NCBI GenBank assembly: GCA_022827055.1
Contig: JAJDTR010000088.1
Span: 9,043-73,042, forward strand
Length of the DNA stretch: 64,000 nucleotides
Direction of reading: 5' to 3'
Origin: Candidatus Poribacteria bacterium
Lineage (GTDB): Bacteria; Poribacteria; WGA-4E; JAJDTR01
Below, piece after piece: positions 45,332 to 56,121 of this stretch. Made by a program: the position numbers and the translations under genes. The notes under the pieces are model-generated. The model worked only from the letters and a program-made list of their open reading frames with translations, was not told where the DNA came from and searched no databases. Each line of letters begins with the position of its first letter. Position 1 is the first letter of the stretch.

Positions 45332-46840
45332 ATGGAACATCTGAACATCGTTGTCATTTGTCTCGACACATTTCGTGCCGACATTGTGGGGCCAAACAAG
45401 CGGTTCAGCGACATCGCCACGCCGGCGCTTGATGCGCTCGCCGCAGAATCGGCGCGATTCAATCGCTGTTTCACCGAACCCGGCCAGACGGTCCAGGTGC
45501 GAAACGGTTGTTTCACCGGCATGCGTGGATTCCCGTACACCCACGGCTACTACGGCTGGCACGAGATTCCGGACGAGTACCCCACCATAGCCGAGATTCT
45601 GCTGGATCACGGCTACGCCACAGGCTTGATAGCCGACACGCCCCATCTGTTCAAGCCCAACATGAATCACCTCCGAGGTTTCATGTCGTGGGATCACATT
45701 CGAGGCGCCGGAGGCGACGGCTGGCGCACCGGTTCTTGGGATCTCATCAGCGAACTGTACAAGGACTATTTCGGGGCATACGAATCTGCAGAGCCCGATG
45801 CTTCGCACTTGGGAGGCAGGGGTCATTTTCTTCAGCATTTACATAATGTTCGGGGCAGGAAAGTGGAAGCGGACTGGTTCGGTGCAAAGGTCTTCGCCAG
45901 CGCGAGTCGATGGCTGCGCGACAATTCGGCGAATGCGCCGTTTTTCCTTTGGATCGACTGCTTCGAGCCGCACGAGGTGTTCGACCCTCCGCTAAATTAC
46001 GTGCACCGCTACAACGACTCGTGGCAAGGTCCGAAATACCAGCAGCCTCGTCATATTCTTCATCGGTCATTCTTTTCGGATATGAGAGGCGCGGATCTCG
46101 ATGTCAAAACGCGGGATTATATTGATTACTATACCGCCTGTTACAAAGGCGAGATTACGTTTACCGATACGCATGTGGGAGTGTTTCTCGACCAACTGGA
46201 TGCCTTGGGATTGAAGGATAATACCGCGATCATCTTCTTCACCGACCACGGCACCGAGTTGGCCGATCACAAGGGTTGGGGCAAGCGCAACACCGAGCTA
46301 CATCCTTTCAACACGCAGCAGAATTTGACGATACGACACCCTAATGAGCAGTGGCAGGACCGCGACATTGAAGCCTGGGTACAAAACTACGACCTTGGCC
46401 CGACTATCCTTGATCTGGCGGGGGTGGAAGATGGGGTGGAAGGGATGAATGGCCAAAGTGTCTGGTCGTTGGTAATCGGCGAGAGTGAAGCGTTGCGTCC
46501 GTACATCACAACGGCGTGGGGAGGACGCGTTTCGATTCGCGACGAGCAGTGGGTCTACGCAACAGGCTGGGATTTCGAAGACTCGAACCCCGAGTTGTAC
46601 AACTTGGCATCAGACCCCGAAGAAGTAGAGAACGTGCATGATCAGCATCCGGAGGTGGTGAGTGACTACCGCTCACGGATTGAAACGTTGCTCGGTACGC
46701 CGATCCCGCAGCCGTATTCACAGGACCGCTTTGGTCCTATCGTAGGTTCCTTGAGCAAGCCGCTATATGCCGAATCGTACGCGCCGGTGTTCTACAAAGC
46801 CCGGCGGGAGTGGGATGAACCCCGCGCGCTTCCGAAATAG
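45332..46840 (+). CDS. Sulfatase-like hydrolase (alkaline-phosphatase superfamily)
   Basis: 502 aa. N-terminal NIVVICLDTFRAD. Central FFTDHGTELADHKGW. Overall sulfatase/phosphoglycerol-transferase architecture. I could not confirm the canonical C/S-x-P-x-R FGly motif by eye. Confidence 0.6.
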   Translation: MEHLNIVVICLDTFRADIVGPNKRFSDIATPALDALAAESARFNRCFTEPGQTVQVRNGCFTGMRGFPYTHGYYGWHEIPDEYPTIAEILLDHGYATGLIADTPHLFKPNMNHLRGFMSWDHIRGAGGDGWRTGSWDLISELYKDYFGAYESAEPDASHLGGRGHFLQHLHNVRGRKVEADWFGAKVFASASRWLRDNSANAPFFLWIDCFEPHEVFDPPLNYVHRYNDSWQGPKYQQPRHILHRSFFSDMRGADLDVKTRDYIDYYTACYKGEITFTDTHVGVFLDQLDALGLKDNTAIIFFTDHGTELADHKGWGKRNTELHPFNTQQNLTIRHPNEQWQDRDIEAWVQNYDLGPTILDLAGVEDGVEGMNGQSVWSLVIGESEALRPYITTAWGGRVSIRDEQWVYATGWDFEDSNPELYNLASDPEEVENVHDQHPEVVSDYRSRIETLLGTPIPQPYSQDRFGPIVGSLSKPLYAESYAPVFYKARREWDEPRALPK

Positions 46841-46925
46841 CCAGGGTGCATCGCAGGTATGCGGTCAACCGGCCAACAGATCTGCAACCAGAACTATCGC
46901 TCGCATTCAGTGAAGCGTACATGAT

Positions 46926-48971
46926 TTAGTCGGCTTCCATGCGGTGCAAATGGAACCCGCTCCACACCCAGTGCGCGCGGCGTTCATTGCCGGAAGCATG
47001 GATAACCAAGATCAGCGTTCCATCACCCACTTCAACGGTAAATCTTCCCTTGACTATCTCATTGCTATCGGGTGCCACAGTCCGAATCTCGCGCCTTCCA
47101 TTTGCGTAAAGTTCGATGCGATGCGCTTTCCCGTCATTCGATTGAAAGCGGCACGTTACTTCATACTCTCCGTTCGGCAGGTCAATCCTGAAAGCCGCGT
47201 CCTCCGTGTCCCAAACGCCAGTGCCTATGATCTCGCCAGTATTTAGGAAAGAGTGTCTGGGATAAACCGTGTCCCAACCGAAACCACCGGGTTGATACCG
47301 TGTGTCGACAAAGACTGGTATAGACATACCATCAAAAGCGGCTGGACTGGAGGCATCTTTGGCTTGCATCTGAAAGTTTACTTGCTCGGAGTTCGAGTAC
47401 TTTCGCCACGCTTGAATGTTTTCGTTATGATTCCTGTGACGAAAAATTCGATACGGTTTCGAATATTTTCGAGATTCGGGTGTGGAGTGGACAATAGCGT
47501 AGTCACCCCGATATTTTTCCATTTGAGGGCTGTCTTCCTCAACGTTCCATCCCAACCGGTAATCAATGAACCCGCCCGGGTAGTGATGCCGCTTTTTTTC
47601 ATCCTTAAAATTAACCGGGAAATAGTTGAACTGCGCTTCGTAATTGCCGATGAATACCCTGTCTCCCGGTATCATGTGGTACAGGTAGAGGTTGCAATGC
47701 GGATGCGGAATTTCGGACTGCCACATGTCATCCCAGTCGTCGTTGTCGGGTCCCATATTTTCAAAGACAATGTGGTCCGGGAATGAGTCCAGCGCGGCAG
47801 CGTAGTCGTCCATGGAGCGATTAAAGCCGTAGTAATCCCGGCAGGTATATCCCAAATGAACGAGTGAGAGAAAAACCATCAATCCAACGGCGCACCACCG
47901 CACCGTCTTGTGGAAATCGAGGTTGAGCCATGGCAACAAGATGGGTATCCAGAACATGTGAATTCGTTCACTGATATAGCCGCCATCGCCTATCCACCGC
48001 GGCGCTTTGAAATACGCAATCACGAAAACGATTGATAGGATAAGAAATAGGTCCCGGTTCGCCAGCCACTGCCTCGGTTGGATTTTGTCCTTCCATAGGG
48101 TCCACAAAATCAGTAGCGCGATGAATCCGAGAAGTAGGTAATTTGCCCAGACATGACTCTCGTTGAAGTACACGAGTGCGTTCGTCTGAAGAAAATATTC
48201 CCATAACTGCTCGGAACTCCAGTACCGATACAGCTTGTCCGTGGCGTCGTTGAGCAGGTAGTTTACCATAATGAATCCCGCCGGGAGCATATATCCAGCG
48301 AAGATGAGTAGTTTCCTCGGTGCAACAATCAGCCGTAAAGCGCAAATGGAGAGCGTCACCAGCATCAGCCCATACGATGAAATATGGCAGAAATACAGTA
48401 AAATCATGAGAGCGTAAAGCGTGCCGATGTTCGCGAGCGACATGGACTCGTGGTGCCGCCACCAGTAGCCGAGGAGAATGAAGAAAACCGGGAAACTTAT
48501 TGCGAAGTTGTAGAAGCCCATGTGCAGCAAATAGTTATATCCGAAAAGGAATCCGAGCAGACCGAGAATTTGGTTGCCCGATCCGAATGGCGTCTTCGCA
48601 CTGCTTTCGTCAATCGCGCGCAAGCAGTAAAAAAGCGATAGCGGCGCCAATGCGATGCAAAGGGTCAACAGGATCTTCTCCGCGATAATCGGGGACACGA
48701 GGAACATCAAGCCAGCCATAAGGGCATGGGAAAACCAGTTCGGAAAGAGGGTTAGGTTGAGTTCAAAACACTCTCGAACCTTATACATGGCGGGGTTGTT
48801 GTATTCTTTTAGCAGATAGGCGTTGTAGATATGGGAGGCGCCGTCTTGCGACGGGAAGTATTTGAATACCCAGAGAGGCAGGAGGTGAGCGACAAGCAGC
48901 GTAATGACGATGTATGTGAAGGTTGACCTCTGGCGAAGGAGGTGAAGATATCTGTTCATATCAACCTGCAT
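46926..48971 (-). CDS. Large polytopic membrane protein (~11 TM) with C-terminal extracytoplasmic beta-sandwich domain (hypothetical; GT-C-like topology)
   Basis: 681 aa. Hydrophobic N-terminal 400 aa. Soluble C-terminal 250 aa. No motif I can assign. Confidence 0.4.
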   Translation of the reverse strand: MQVDMNRYLHLLRQRSTFTYIVITLLVAHLLPLWVFKYFPSQDGASHIYNAYLLKEYNNPAMYKVRECFELNLTLFPNWFSHALMAGLMFLVSPIIAEKILLTLCIALAPLSLFYCLRAIDESSAKTPFGSGNQILGLLGFLFGYNYLLHMGFYNFAISFPVFFILLGYWWRHHESMSLANIGTLYALMILLYFCHISSYGLMLVTLSICALRLIVAPRKLLIFAGYMLPAGFIMVNYLLNDATDKLYRYWSSEQLWEYFLQTNALVYFNESHVWANYLLLGFIALLILWTLWKDKIQPRQWLANRDLFLILSIVFVIAYFKAPRWIGDGGYISERIHMFWIPILLPWLNLDFHKTVRWCAVGLMVFLSLVHLGYTCRDYYGFNRSMDDYAAALDSFPDHIVFENMGPDNDDWDDMWQSEIPHPHCNLYLYHMIPGDRVFIGNYEAQFNYFPVNFKDEKKRHHYPGGFIDYRLGWNVEEDSPQMEKYRGDYAIVHSTPESRKYSKPYRIFRHRNHNENIQAWRKYSNSEQVNFQMQAKDASSPAAFDGMSIPVFVDTRYQPGGFGWDTVYPRHSFLNTGEIIGTGVWDTEDAAFRIDLPNGEYEVTCRFQSNDGKAHRIELYANGRREIRTVAPDSNEIVKGRFTVEVGDGTLILVIHASGNERRAHWVWSGFHLHRMEAD

Positions 48972-49149
48972 GTGAGGTGCCGTCTTAACGTCGTCGGATG
49001 ATTTTTTTCAACGTGGGTGAAAACAGGTCAACCACAATTTAAGTGGAAGCAAAAAGTAAGGGGTAGATAGATGTTTTTGAAATCATAACACCACTATCTA
49101 CCCCTTACGCGATTCTGTAAAGCCGAAGATTCCAGATAAAGGTTGGCGA

Positions 49150-50391
49150 TTAAATTGACGCGGAGCCGGACTGATCGAGCTCCAACCAAGCGAGGTTGAA
49201 ACGGCAGACATACGCGTCATACGCACATAAGATGGTGCCGTCCGGCAATACCGCTAGGGATGAATACCCCGCATTTTCGCTAATGCGCCGCGATATCGGC
49301 CACGTTTTGCAATCGTCGAAACTCACGCGCACTGTCTGGTCGCGACGTTCACCAGCCTTTCCTCCCCGTGGGTGCAATTGGCTCTTTCCCTCGTGCACTG
49401 CCGGATTGGAAAACAGGACGCAACCCGGTTCATTGTCGTTCGGGAATGAATAGCGCATCAGTGCCGCATGACAGCGGTTTTCAATAAGCGTCCGGTCTAC
49501 TCCAAACTCGGTGAAACTTTCGCCGCCATCCCGGCTAATGCACCAGGATCGGTAACCCATCGATCTCGGATCGTGGTTGCGGTTGTTCATATAAATCGAG
49601 CCGTCGGATAATTCAACGATACACGCTTCGCCGCAATAGCCCTGCGAACTCCCGCCCCAATGCCAGGTTTCGCCGTGGTCGTCACTGTAAATGACCATGT
49701 TGTGCGCCTCATGGTCGAGGACTTGCGCAATCTCACCCTCGCCATCGTCATAAACATCCCCCAGTGCGGGATGATAGTAGATGATGTTGTGCTTGGCGGG
49801 GTCTACCTGTTTCCAATCTCCGGTAAAGTATCTACCCGGCACAACCAACCGCCCCCGGTGCGAGCCGCGTTGGAGTTGGATGCCGGAACCGATAAACCAT
49901 GCCAATCCAGCTCCCGGATAGGTGTAAAACTGCTCCGAGATGTCGGTTGAAGTCCACGTGCGGCCATCGTCCACACTGCGTTCCAGCGTCAAGCAGGCGC
50001 CCATCTGACGCCCTTTTTCATAATTGGCGATGAGCCAGCTCTCAGAGAGCGGCTTGCCGTGATCGTCCTGAAGGGGCCAAGTGCCCTGCGTAAACATAAA
50101 AATTTCGCCCGTGCTGCGGTCGACAACACTGGCTAGCAAACCTCTTTTCTCGGGCTCCCACCAGTTCATCTCGTCAAGCGTCCAACTACGACCGCTGTCG
50201 ACGCTGCGTGCTCGAAGATGCATCCAAGGGAATCCGTGGTCGGCGCCGCCGGGCAAGCGAGCCGTCGGCAACGTGGTGCCGAAGGCGATAACCGCACCGG
50301 AGTTGGTCGCCTCCAAATAGATGTTGCCCTTCTTTGTTTGCCCCGGCACCGGGCCGAATACGCGAATCTGTTCGTAGAATGGTTGGTTCAT
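49150..50391 (-). CDS. BNR/Asp-box sialidase-like glycosidase, paralog 2
   Basis: 413 aa. Asp-boxes SVDSGRSW, SVDDGRTW, SDDHGETW, SRDGGESF, SFDDCKTW. C-terminus aligns with paralog 1 (…CRFNLAWL vs …ARFDLEWL). Confidence 0.7.
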   Translation of the reverse strand: MNQPFYEQIRVFGPVPGQTKKGNIYLEATNSGAVIAFGTTLPTARLPGGADHGFPWMHLRARSVDSGRSWTLDEMNWWEPEKRGLLASVVDRSTGEIFMFTQGTWPLQDDHGKPLSESWLIANYEKGRQMGACLTLERSVDDGRTWTSTDISEQFYTYPGAGLAWFIGSGIQLQRGSHRGRLVVPGRYFTGDWKQVDPAKHNIIYYHPALGDVYDDGEGEIAQVLDHEAHNMVIYSDDHGETWHWGGSSQGYCGEACIVELSDGSIYMNNRNHDPRSMGYRSWCISRDGGESFTEFGVDRTLIENRCHAALMRYSFPNDNEPGCVLFSNPAVHEGKSQLHPRGGKAGERRDQTVRVSFDDCKTWPISRRISENAGYSSLAVLPDGTILCAYDAYVCRFNLAWLELDQSGSASI

Positions 50392-50535
50392 ATCGAAAGG
50401 TATTCCTTAAGAGTTAGGATGTCACCCGGGCATCACCGGATCTTCTTGATGCTGCCCCAGGTTGCGGCGAGTTTTGCCCCCGGCTCTACGGATAAGGTCA
50501 TCAAATCGGGAATAGCGCGGGCGGGCAACTGTTCG

Positions 50536-51201
50536 TCATGGATTTATAACTCGTCGACGATTGAGTATGTGGGGAACTTCGCGGGGATCCGTCTCGTTGT
50601 TGTTGATTGACAGCCGTTCGATGATATTGGCGGGACCGCCTTGGTACCGGTTTTGGGCAGCCAATTCACCGTCAAGATACAAATGGAGTCCGGCTGCTCC
50701 CCATGTTCCAGCCATATGATGGGTTTCACCCTCTTTCCAGTTTAGTTTTGCGCTCACGGCGTTGTGCCACTCGTTACGCACTTCCCGCACTCGAAACTGT
50801 GCAACCGGATGGTTTCTTCGTCCGCCAATCATTAAACCGATGGCATCTGTATAGGCTCTGTTATACGCCCAGAACATAAAGGCTTCTTCCTTGCCGGTTG
50901 TGTTGGTGAACTTATCTATGTCCCAACCCAAAATCAACCAGCATTCCAACGTGCCTTCATCCAGATAATGTTTGCCCAACATCTCGTGCATGGGAAAGTG
51001 TACTACGGCGGTTCTCTCGTCACTGATGAATCCGTTCCCTCGAACCCCCGGCACGAATTTGCCGCCGCCCACGACCGAGCCGCCTTCTCTCTTGACAGAG
51101 GCAGCATTTTCCAATGTTGTGTGGAAGGTTATCTTGGCGGCCGCAGATAGTAGAGGCACAAAAAATAGAGCGGCGGTGATACTATAGCATACCTTTTTCA
51201 T
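50536..51201 (-). CDS. Secreted concanavalin-A-like lectin/glucanase (LamG-like) domain protein, paralog 1
   Basis: Signal peptide. GGSVVGGGKFVPGV.GNGFISDE...GTLECW..LGWD.DKF...HHM.GTWG...LYLDGE motifs shared with 51479-52264. Confidence 0.5.
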   Translation of the reverse strand: MKKVCYSITAALFFVPLLSAAAKITFHTTLENAASVKREGGSVVGGGKFVPGVRGNGFISDERTAVVHFPMHEMLGKHYLDEGTLECWLILGWDIDKFTNTTGKEEAFMFWAYNRAYTDAIGLMIGGRRNHPVAQFRVREVRNEWHNAVSAKLNWKEGETHHMAGTWGAAGLHLYLDGELAAQNRYQGGPANIIERLSINNNETDPREVPHILNRRRVINP

Positions 51202-51478
51202 AACTCGACATTCCGCCTTTCACAAAGGATATTCAGGACTTACGTCGTAGCTTTGTAATTGAATAACGTATCGCACGCCCCGGAATTATTATCCCCCGAG
51301 GATGTCGCCGAACTTCGGTGCTTTTCGGGCGACCAATCCGGCGTGTGGCGCAGGTACAAAAAAGAATGGCTCATGCCAACAGGTCGTGCAGAACTCGTGC
51401 ACTTCGTGTTTACATGAGCCAATGTCAACCAATGCTCTGAAATCCAATCGATTTCAACTCACCATTGTTCGAGGTTAT

Positions 51479-52264
51479 CTACTGTCTCTTCACCGCTGCC
51501 CACGTCGTGGCGAGCTTGGCAGTTGGATCGACAGAAGTTGCAGCTTCCGCCACTCTTTGTTCATACAGAGCGGCTACCTCGTCGTCGTCGAGTTGAACGT
51601 CATGAATCCGCAGCTCGTCCACGATTGAGAACGTAGCGAAATTAGCCGGATCGGACTCATTGTTGTTGATGGACAGCCTTTCGATAGGATTCTTGGGTCC
51701 GCCAACGTAGGGATCGTCCGCCGCCCATTCACCGTCCAAGTACAGATTGACTGCGTTCGGTCCCCATGTTCCGAGCATGTGGTGGGCTTCGCCCTCTTTC
51801 CAGTCCAATTCCTCGCTAGCCGCACTATGCCATTCTTCGTCGACTTCCCTAACGCGGAACCAAGCAATCGGCGTATTATGACCGCCGCCGACCATCAGGC
51901 CGATGGCGTCGGTGCCGGCCTTATTATAGGACCAGAACATAAAGGCTTCGGCTCTATCGGTGACATCGGAGAACTTGTCGAGGTCCCAACCTAGCACCAA
52001 CCAGCACTCTAACGTCCCTTGTTCTTGATAACCCGGGATGTGACCCTCAAAGGGATAGTGCACCACAGCTTCTTTCTCGTCACTGATGAATCCGTTCCCG
52101 ATAACCCCGGGAACGAAACTACCGCCGCCGACGACCGATCCGCCGGTCGCTTCCACCTGTTCCTTGCTTTCCAAAGCCGCATGGAAGGTTACTTTGGCGG
52201 ATGCTGACAGAATCGGCATTGCCACCAATGCGACACAGGTGAGGATTAAAAACGTTTTATTCAT
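51479..52264 (-). CDS. Secreted LamG-like domain protein, paralog 2 (with C-terminal extension)
   Basis: About 60% identical to paralog 1 over 200 aa, plus an extra C-terminal ~45 aa. Confidence 0.5.
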   Translation of the reverse strand: MNKTFLILTCVALVAMPILSASAKVTFHAALESKEQVEATGGSVVGGGSFVPGVIGNGFISDEKEAVVHYPFEGHIPGYQEQGTLECWLVLGWDLDKFSDVTDRAEAFMFWSYNKAGTDAIGLMVGGGHNTPIAWFRVREVDEEWHSAASEELDWKEGEAHHMLGTWGPNAVNLYLDGEWAADDPYVGGPKNPIERLSINNNESDPANFATFSIVDELRIHDVQLDDDEVAALYEQRVAEAATSVDPTAKLATTWAAVKRQ

Positions 52265-52504
52265 GGTTCCATCTCCAATTTATTGAATTTTGACTGAATC
52301 GGTGTCTTTCCCGGTTTCAATCTATCCGTGTTTCGTTGTATGCGGGGACTACACTAGGACGAATTTCCCAATGCAGCCCCGCTATAAACATAAGATTGTA
52401 TCCATCCGGTTTGCTGATGTCAAGGGAAATCGAATAATGGACACGCGGCTAAACGACTGAATAGAATCACCCAAGCGGAGGCATCAATCGACCGAACAGG
52501 GAGC

Positions 52505-52563
52505 GGGATTTCTATCGCACTCGCTAATCGCTCGCTTGATTTATTCACTCAGTTGATCGATTC
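52505..52563. repeat. Dispersed repeat family A, copy 4
   Basis: gggatttctatcgcactcgctaatcgctcgcttgatttattcactcagttgatcgattcgg. Confidence 0.55.
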
Positions 52564-52664
52564 GGAGGTCGTTCGTACCCCACATTGCTGGTAGGAGGGA
52601 ATTCCGATTCCCGACAAGGCACTGCACATTCGAGTCGCGATTCGGAGATCGCTCCTACCGGATG

Positions 52665-53489
52665 TTACGTAGAAAGCCGCGCGTTAGCCAACGCTTCGCG
52701 CTCCTCGGTCTGCCAAGGTCGGTGTGCCGGTTTATTCCGCCGTTTTGGTGGGGCGCCGAATACGAGTATATAGGCGCGTCGCGGGGTATCCGTCAAATTC
52801 GGTCCCGCGTAATGGAGGGTTCGGCAGTGATGGAAGGTGGCTCCACCCGCCGGAATGGGGCAAGCAACCGCTTGGGAGGGGTCAACATCATCGGTGATTA
52901 GTCCGTGCACCAACGGGTCGTCGTCGATGTGTCGGTGCCAACGGACATCGGTTTTGTGGGAGGCGGGGATGACCTGCATGCAACCGCCCTCCACCGCGGC
53001 GGGGTCCAATGGCAGCCAGACGCTAAGACTGTGAGGGATGACTTCCGGGTTCCAGTAGGCTTCGTCCTGATGCCAAGGCGTTTCTCCGCCGTAGCGAGCA
53101 GGTTTCAAAATCATGTGTCCGCCGCCCGTCACGACCTCGGCTTCAGCGTCAAGCAGTCTGGCGGCGAGTTGGTGTGCGTTTCGGAAATAGGTCGTTTCCC
53201 TGAGTTCGGGAAAGGTCGCTTCCGGACCGAGCACTTGCGGCAGCACCTCAGGTCCCGCGTGTGCCCGGGGACCCGCGAGATCGAAATATCTGCCCTCATT
53301 CTCGCCGGTGCGCTGATCGAAGAGTTGGTTGTAAATATTTTTCAACCAGTCTACTTCGGCATCCGTCGTGATACGCGGAATGCTCAGGAACCCGTTTTCC
53401 CGGAAGAACGAAGTTTGGTCTTCCGTAATGTCCACATGATTGCTAGGGTGGGTGTCACCTGTGTTATCCATGAGCGATTGTGAAGTCAA
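52665..53489 (-). CDS. Phytanoyl-CoA dioxygenase (PhyH) family Fe(II)/2-oxoglutarate oxygenase
   Basis: 274 aa. WHQDEAYW (HxD) and a distal His ([11 protein letters not shown]). Double-stranded beta-helix family. Confidence 0.75.
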   Translation of the reverse strand: MTSQSLMDNTGDTHPSNHVDITEDQTSFFRENGFLSIPRITTDAEVDWLKNIYNQLFDQRTGENEGRYFDLAGPRAHAGPEVLPQVLGPEATFPELRETTYFRNAHQLAARLLDAEAEVVTGGGHMILKPARYGGETPWHQDEAYWNPEVIPHSLSVWLPLDPAAVEGGCMQVIPASHKTDVRWHRHIDDDPLVHGLITDDVDPSQAVACPIPAGGATFHHCRTLHYAGPNLTDTPRRAYILVFGAPPKRRNKPAHRPWQTEEREALANARLST

Positions 53490-53935
53490 AACAACTTACT
53501 ACTATCAAGTAGAATGGTGACCGGTCCGTCGTTAACCAATTTCACATCCATCATGGCTTGAAAGATTCCCGCCTTGACAGAAATCCCCGTATTCGAAAGC
53601 GCTTGAATGAACTCTTGGTAGAGCGCTTCCGCCTCTTCCGGCGGTGCCGCATCGATAAAACTTGGTCTTCGTCCCTTGCGGCAGTCACCGTAAAGCGTGA
53701 ACTGGGATACCACAAGCGCTTCGCCTCCAATTTCCAAGAGCGAAAGATTCATCTTTCCATCATCATCTTCAAAAACACGGAGATTCGCCACCTTGTTCGT
53801 GAGATAATCCAAGTCGGCGGAAGTATCCTCATGAGCGACCCCGTGAAAGATAAGAAGTCCTTTGCCAATCTCGGAAATCAGTTTTCCATCCACCGTCACG
53901 TTGGCAGACGCAACACGCTGAACAACAGCTCTCAT
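53486..53935 (-). CDS. dtd: D-aminoacyl-tRNA deacylase
   Basis: 149 aa. MRAVVQRV N-terminus and SQFTLYGD...G.RPSF motif. Confidence 0.9.
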   Translation of the reverse strand: MRAVVQRVASANVTVDGKLISEIGKGLLIFHGVAHEDTSADLDYLTNKVANLRVFEDDDGKMNLSLLEIGGEALVVSQFTLYGDCRKGRRPSFIDAAPPEEAEALYQEFIQALSNTGISVKAGIFQAMMDVKLVNDGPVTILLDSSKLF

Positions 53936-53944
53936 GCTTCCTTT

Positions 53945-53990
53945 CGTCGCTGCGACGCTTGGTCTATCCGCTCGCTTGATTGCTTAGACC
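53945..53990. repeat. Dispersed repeat family A, copy 5 (short)
   Basis: ggtctatccgctcgcttgattgcttagacc, in the 60-bp gap between the outer-membrane protein gene's stop and the dtd start. Confidence 0.45.
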
Positions 53991-53995
53991 TTTGG

Positions 53996-54958
53996 TCAAA
54001 ACTGGATTTCATCCTGTTTTGGGGCGGCTGGCGCAATCATACGCCCCCTTTCTCCGCCCACGACCAATGAAAATTGAAATCCCGGCTCACTGACATATCC
54101 GAAATGAAACGAGGAGCGATTGGAGATTTCATATCGTACTCCGACGCTGAGTTGATTGCTGATGGTCATTCCGGCAAGAGGCAATTCTCGTGAGAAATCA
54201 CCGACCAGCCACAGGTCGTGCGAAAGCAACACCTCGCCACCAAGCTGCCAGTTCAATAAAAATGAATCCGTTGCTCTGAAGGACTTTGAAGAGAGATACA
54301 TCCCAACGCCGGCGTGCCCTCGGGCGAACTCACCGAATCGGAGCGCACCTAGCAGGTAGGTGTTGATTCCAACAAACGGGAAGCTATCGGCAGGTGTAAG
54401 ATCGAGAAAATCCCCTGCTCCACTTAATCGGTCGTCGGCGGAATAGCCGATCTGCATGTCTCCGCCGATGGACAATTTTGGCAACCCATCGCTATCGTCG
54501 GGCTTTATGCCGTATTTTAAGCCCACGACGGTGTCGAACAGCGCTTGATCGTACACTCGCCGATCTCGTTCCGGATCGCCCGTTTCATAAAAATCGTAGA
54601 CAGTCTTGTGAACGCCGCCGGTAGAGAATGTTCCCCCTAGGACAAGGTCGAGGTTCTCGCCAATGCCGTAAGAGAATCGAATCGGCATCAAAAAAGTCTG
54701 TACATTCATCTCCACTGTGTGCAATTCTTCAAAATTTCCGATTTCAACGGCTTGGTCTTCCGCGATGACTCGTCCTTTCTGAAACTGAAAGTGTCCGACG
54801 GATGTTGTATATCCACCTTTTCCCAACGTGTCGGCGGTCTGCATCAGTGCAAGCTGAGGCGCGGGGGGAACTTGACCAAATCCGGAAGTGGCAATCAAAA
54901 ATAGCAGCGTACAGCAGGTTAATGAAGTCCAACGATGTATTGACCGAAGAGATTGCAT
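53996..54958 (-). CDS. Outer-membrane beta-barrel protein (porin-like, hypothetical)
   Basis: Signal peptide from MQSLRS... Alternating amphipathic beta-strands. C-terminal aromatic residue (…QF). Confidence 0.45.
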   Translation of the reverse strand: MQSLRSIHRWTSLTCCTLLFLIATSGFGQVPPAPQLALMQTADTLGKGGYTTSVGHFQFQKGRVIAEDQAVEIGNFEELHTVEMNVQTFLMPIRFSYGIGENLDLVLGGTFSTGGVHKTVYDFYETGDPERDRRVYDQALFDTVVGLKYGIKPDDSDGLPKLSIGGDMQIGYSADDRLSGAGDFLDLTPADSFPFVGINTYLLGALRFGEFARGHAGVGMYLSSKSFRATDSFLLNWQLGGEVLLSHDLWLVGDFSRELPLAGMTISNQLSVGVRYEISNRSSFHFGYVSEPGFQFSLVVGGERGRMIAPAAPKQDEIQF

Positions 54959-55025
54959 ATGGTTGTCCTTGTCGGTTGTATGAGTGTAATTTAAGTAGTC
55001 GGATATAGAGACGGCATGCGAGTAA

Positions 55026-56111
55026 TCATCGTGCCGCGACCAACTCGCTTTCGTCCAAGCTTCCATCGGCTCTGGGTGTGTCGTCGAACGCGGTGATGAA
55101 GTATTGACGAGCAACAAGTTCTTGACCTACCAAAATCGCTTGATCGGCGGAGAATTTGTGAGAACTGTGCTTCGCATCTACTCTCGGGCGCGAAAGCAAC
55201 TCGCCATCAGCCGATGTCGCGTAGAGTTGATAACCCGCTAGATCCGCCTCTTTATTGGGTGTCCAAGAGAAGTATACATCGTATCTGCCGCCTGCCGGAA
55301 GCGGGATTATGGCAGCGCGAAAGCCTTGCGGAGGCGCCGGAGGCAGATCCGGCGAGGCTGCTCGAATCCTTGTAACGGCTTCAACTCCAGCGCGATCAAC
55401 GGCGATGACATGGTACACTTTTGTGATTCCATCTCTACTAAAGTCTTCATCGAAAAAGAACGGTCTATCCTTTGTTGTTTCGCCAAGCAAGCGAAACTTG
55501 CCGAGACCGCCGTTATCATCTACAACCGCGGCTAACACCCTGAAAATTTCAAAGTCCTCGGGAGGCACATAATCTTGCCAGAACAGTTTTATGGTCAGGT
55601 CGGTCGGATCTCCAAGAATGATCGTTGGAGCGGGAGGCGGTTCACTCGGTGTGACGCTAACGATGGGCCAAATTTTGGGCGGATCCGCGTCCTCGCTCGG
55701 CGGAGAGTTCGGATCGGGCGTCTCGACTCCATCACTGTCCACGTACGTAATCCGATATTCGTAGACTAACGCCGCGCCAAGTTCCGAATCGAACTGGTCG
55801 TTGCTGATGTCCTTGGTGTCGAGGAATTCGGTGGTCGGCGCGTCAACTTCCGCAATCCTTTGAAACTGCGGGTTCGGGTCGCCCGAATAGCGTCGATAAA
55901 TGCGGTATTTGGCAATCCCGTCATATTCGACATGCTTCCACGAAACTCTCACTTGCTGATTACCGGGCGCCAGCGTTAAACCGGTCGGTGCTCCGGCTGT
56001 CCGCAGATTCTCCGGATCCAACGGATTGCTAAAATCTTCATCGCCTGCGCAACTCGTGCAGATGAGCGCGATAAAAAGTACGAGGAGTGGTGACAGGTTT
56101 TTGATTTTCAT
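55026..56111 (-). CDS. Lipoprotein with fibronectin-III-like domains (hypothetical)
   Basis: Lipobox ALICTSCAG. Two FN3-like beta-sandwich segments (VSWKHVEYDGIAKYRIYRR; YDVYFSWTPN). Confidence 0.45.
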   Translation of the reverse strand: MKIKNLSPLLVLFIALICTSCAGDEDFSNPLDPENLRTAGAPTGLTLAPGNQQVRVSWKHVEYDGIAKYRIYRRYSGDPNPQFQRIAEVDAPTTEFLDTKDISNDQFDSELGAALVYEYRITYVDSDGVETPDPNSPPSEDADPPKIWPIVSVTPSEPPPAPTIILGDPTDLTIKLFWQDYVPPEDFEIFRVLAAVVDDNGGLGKFRLLGETTKDRPFFFDEDFSRDGITKVYHVIAVDRAGVEAVTRIRAASPDLPPAPPQGFRAAIIPLPAGGRYDVYFSWTPNKEADLAGYQLYATSADGELLSRPRVDAKHSSHKFSADQAILVGQELVARQYFITAFDDTPRADGSLDESELVAAR

Positions 56112-56121
56112 ATGATTCACC

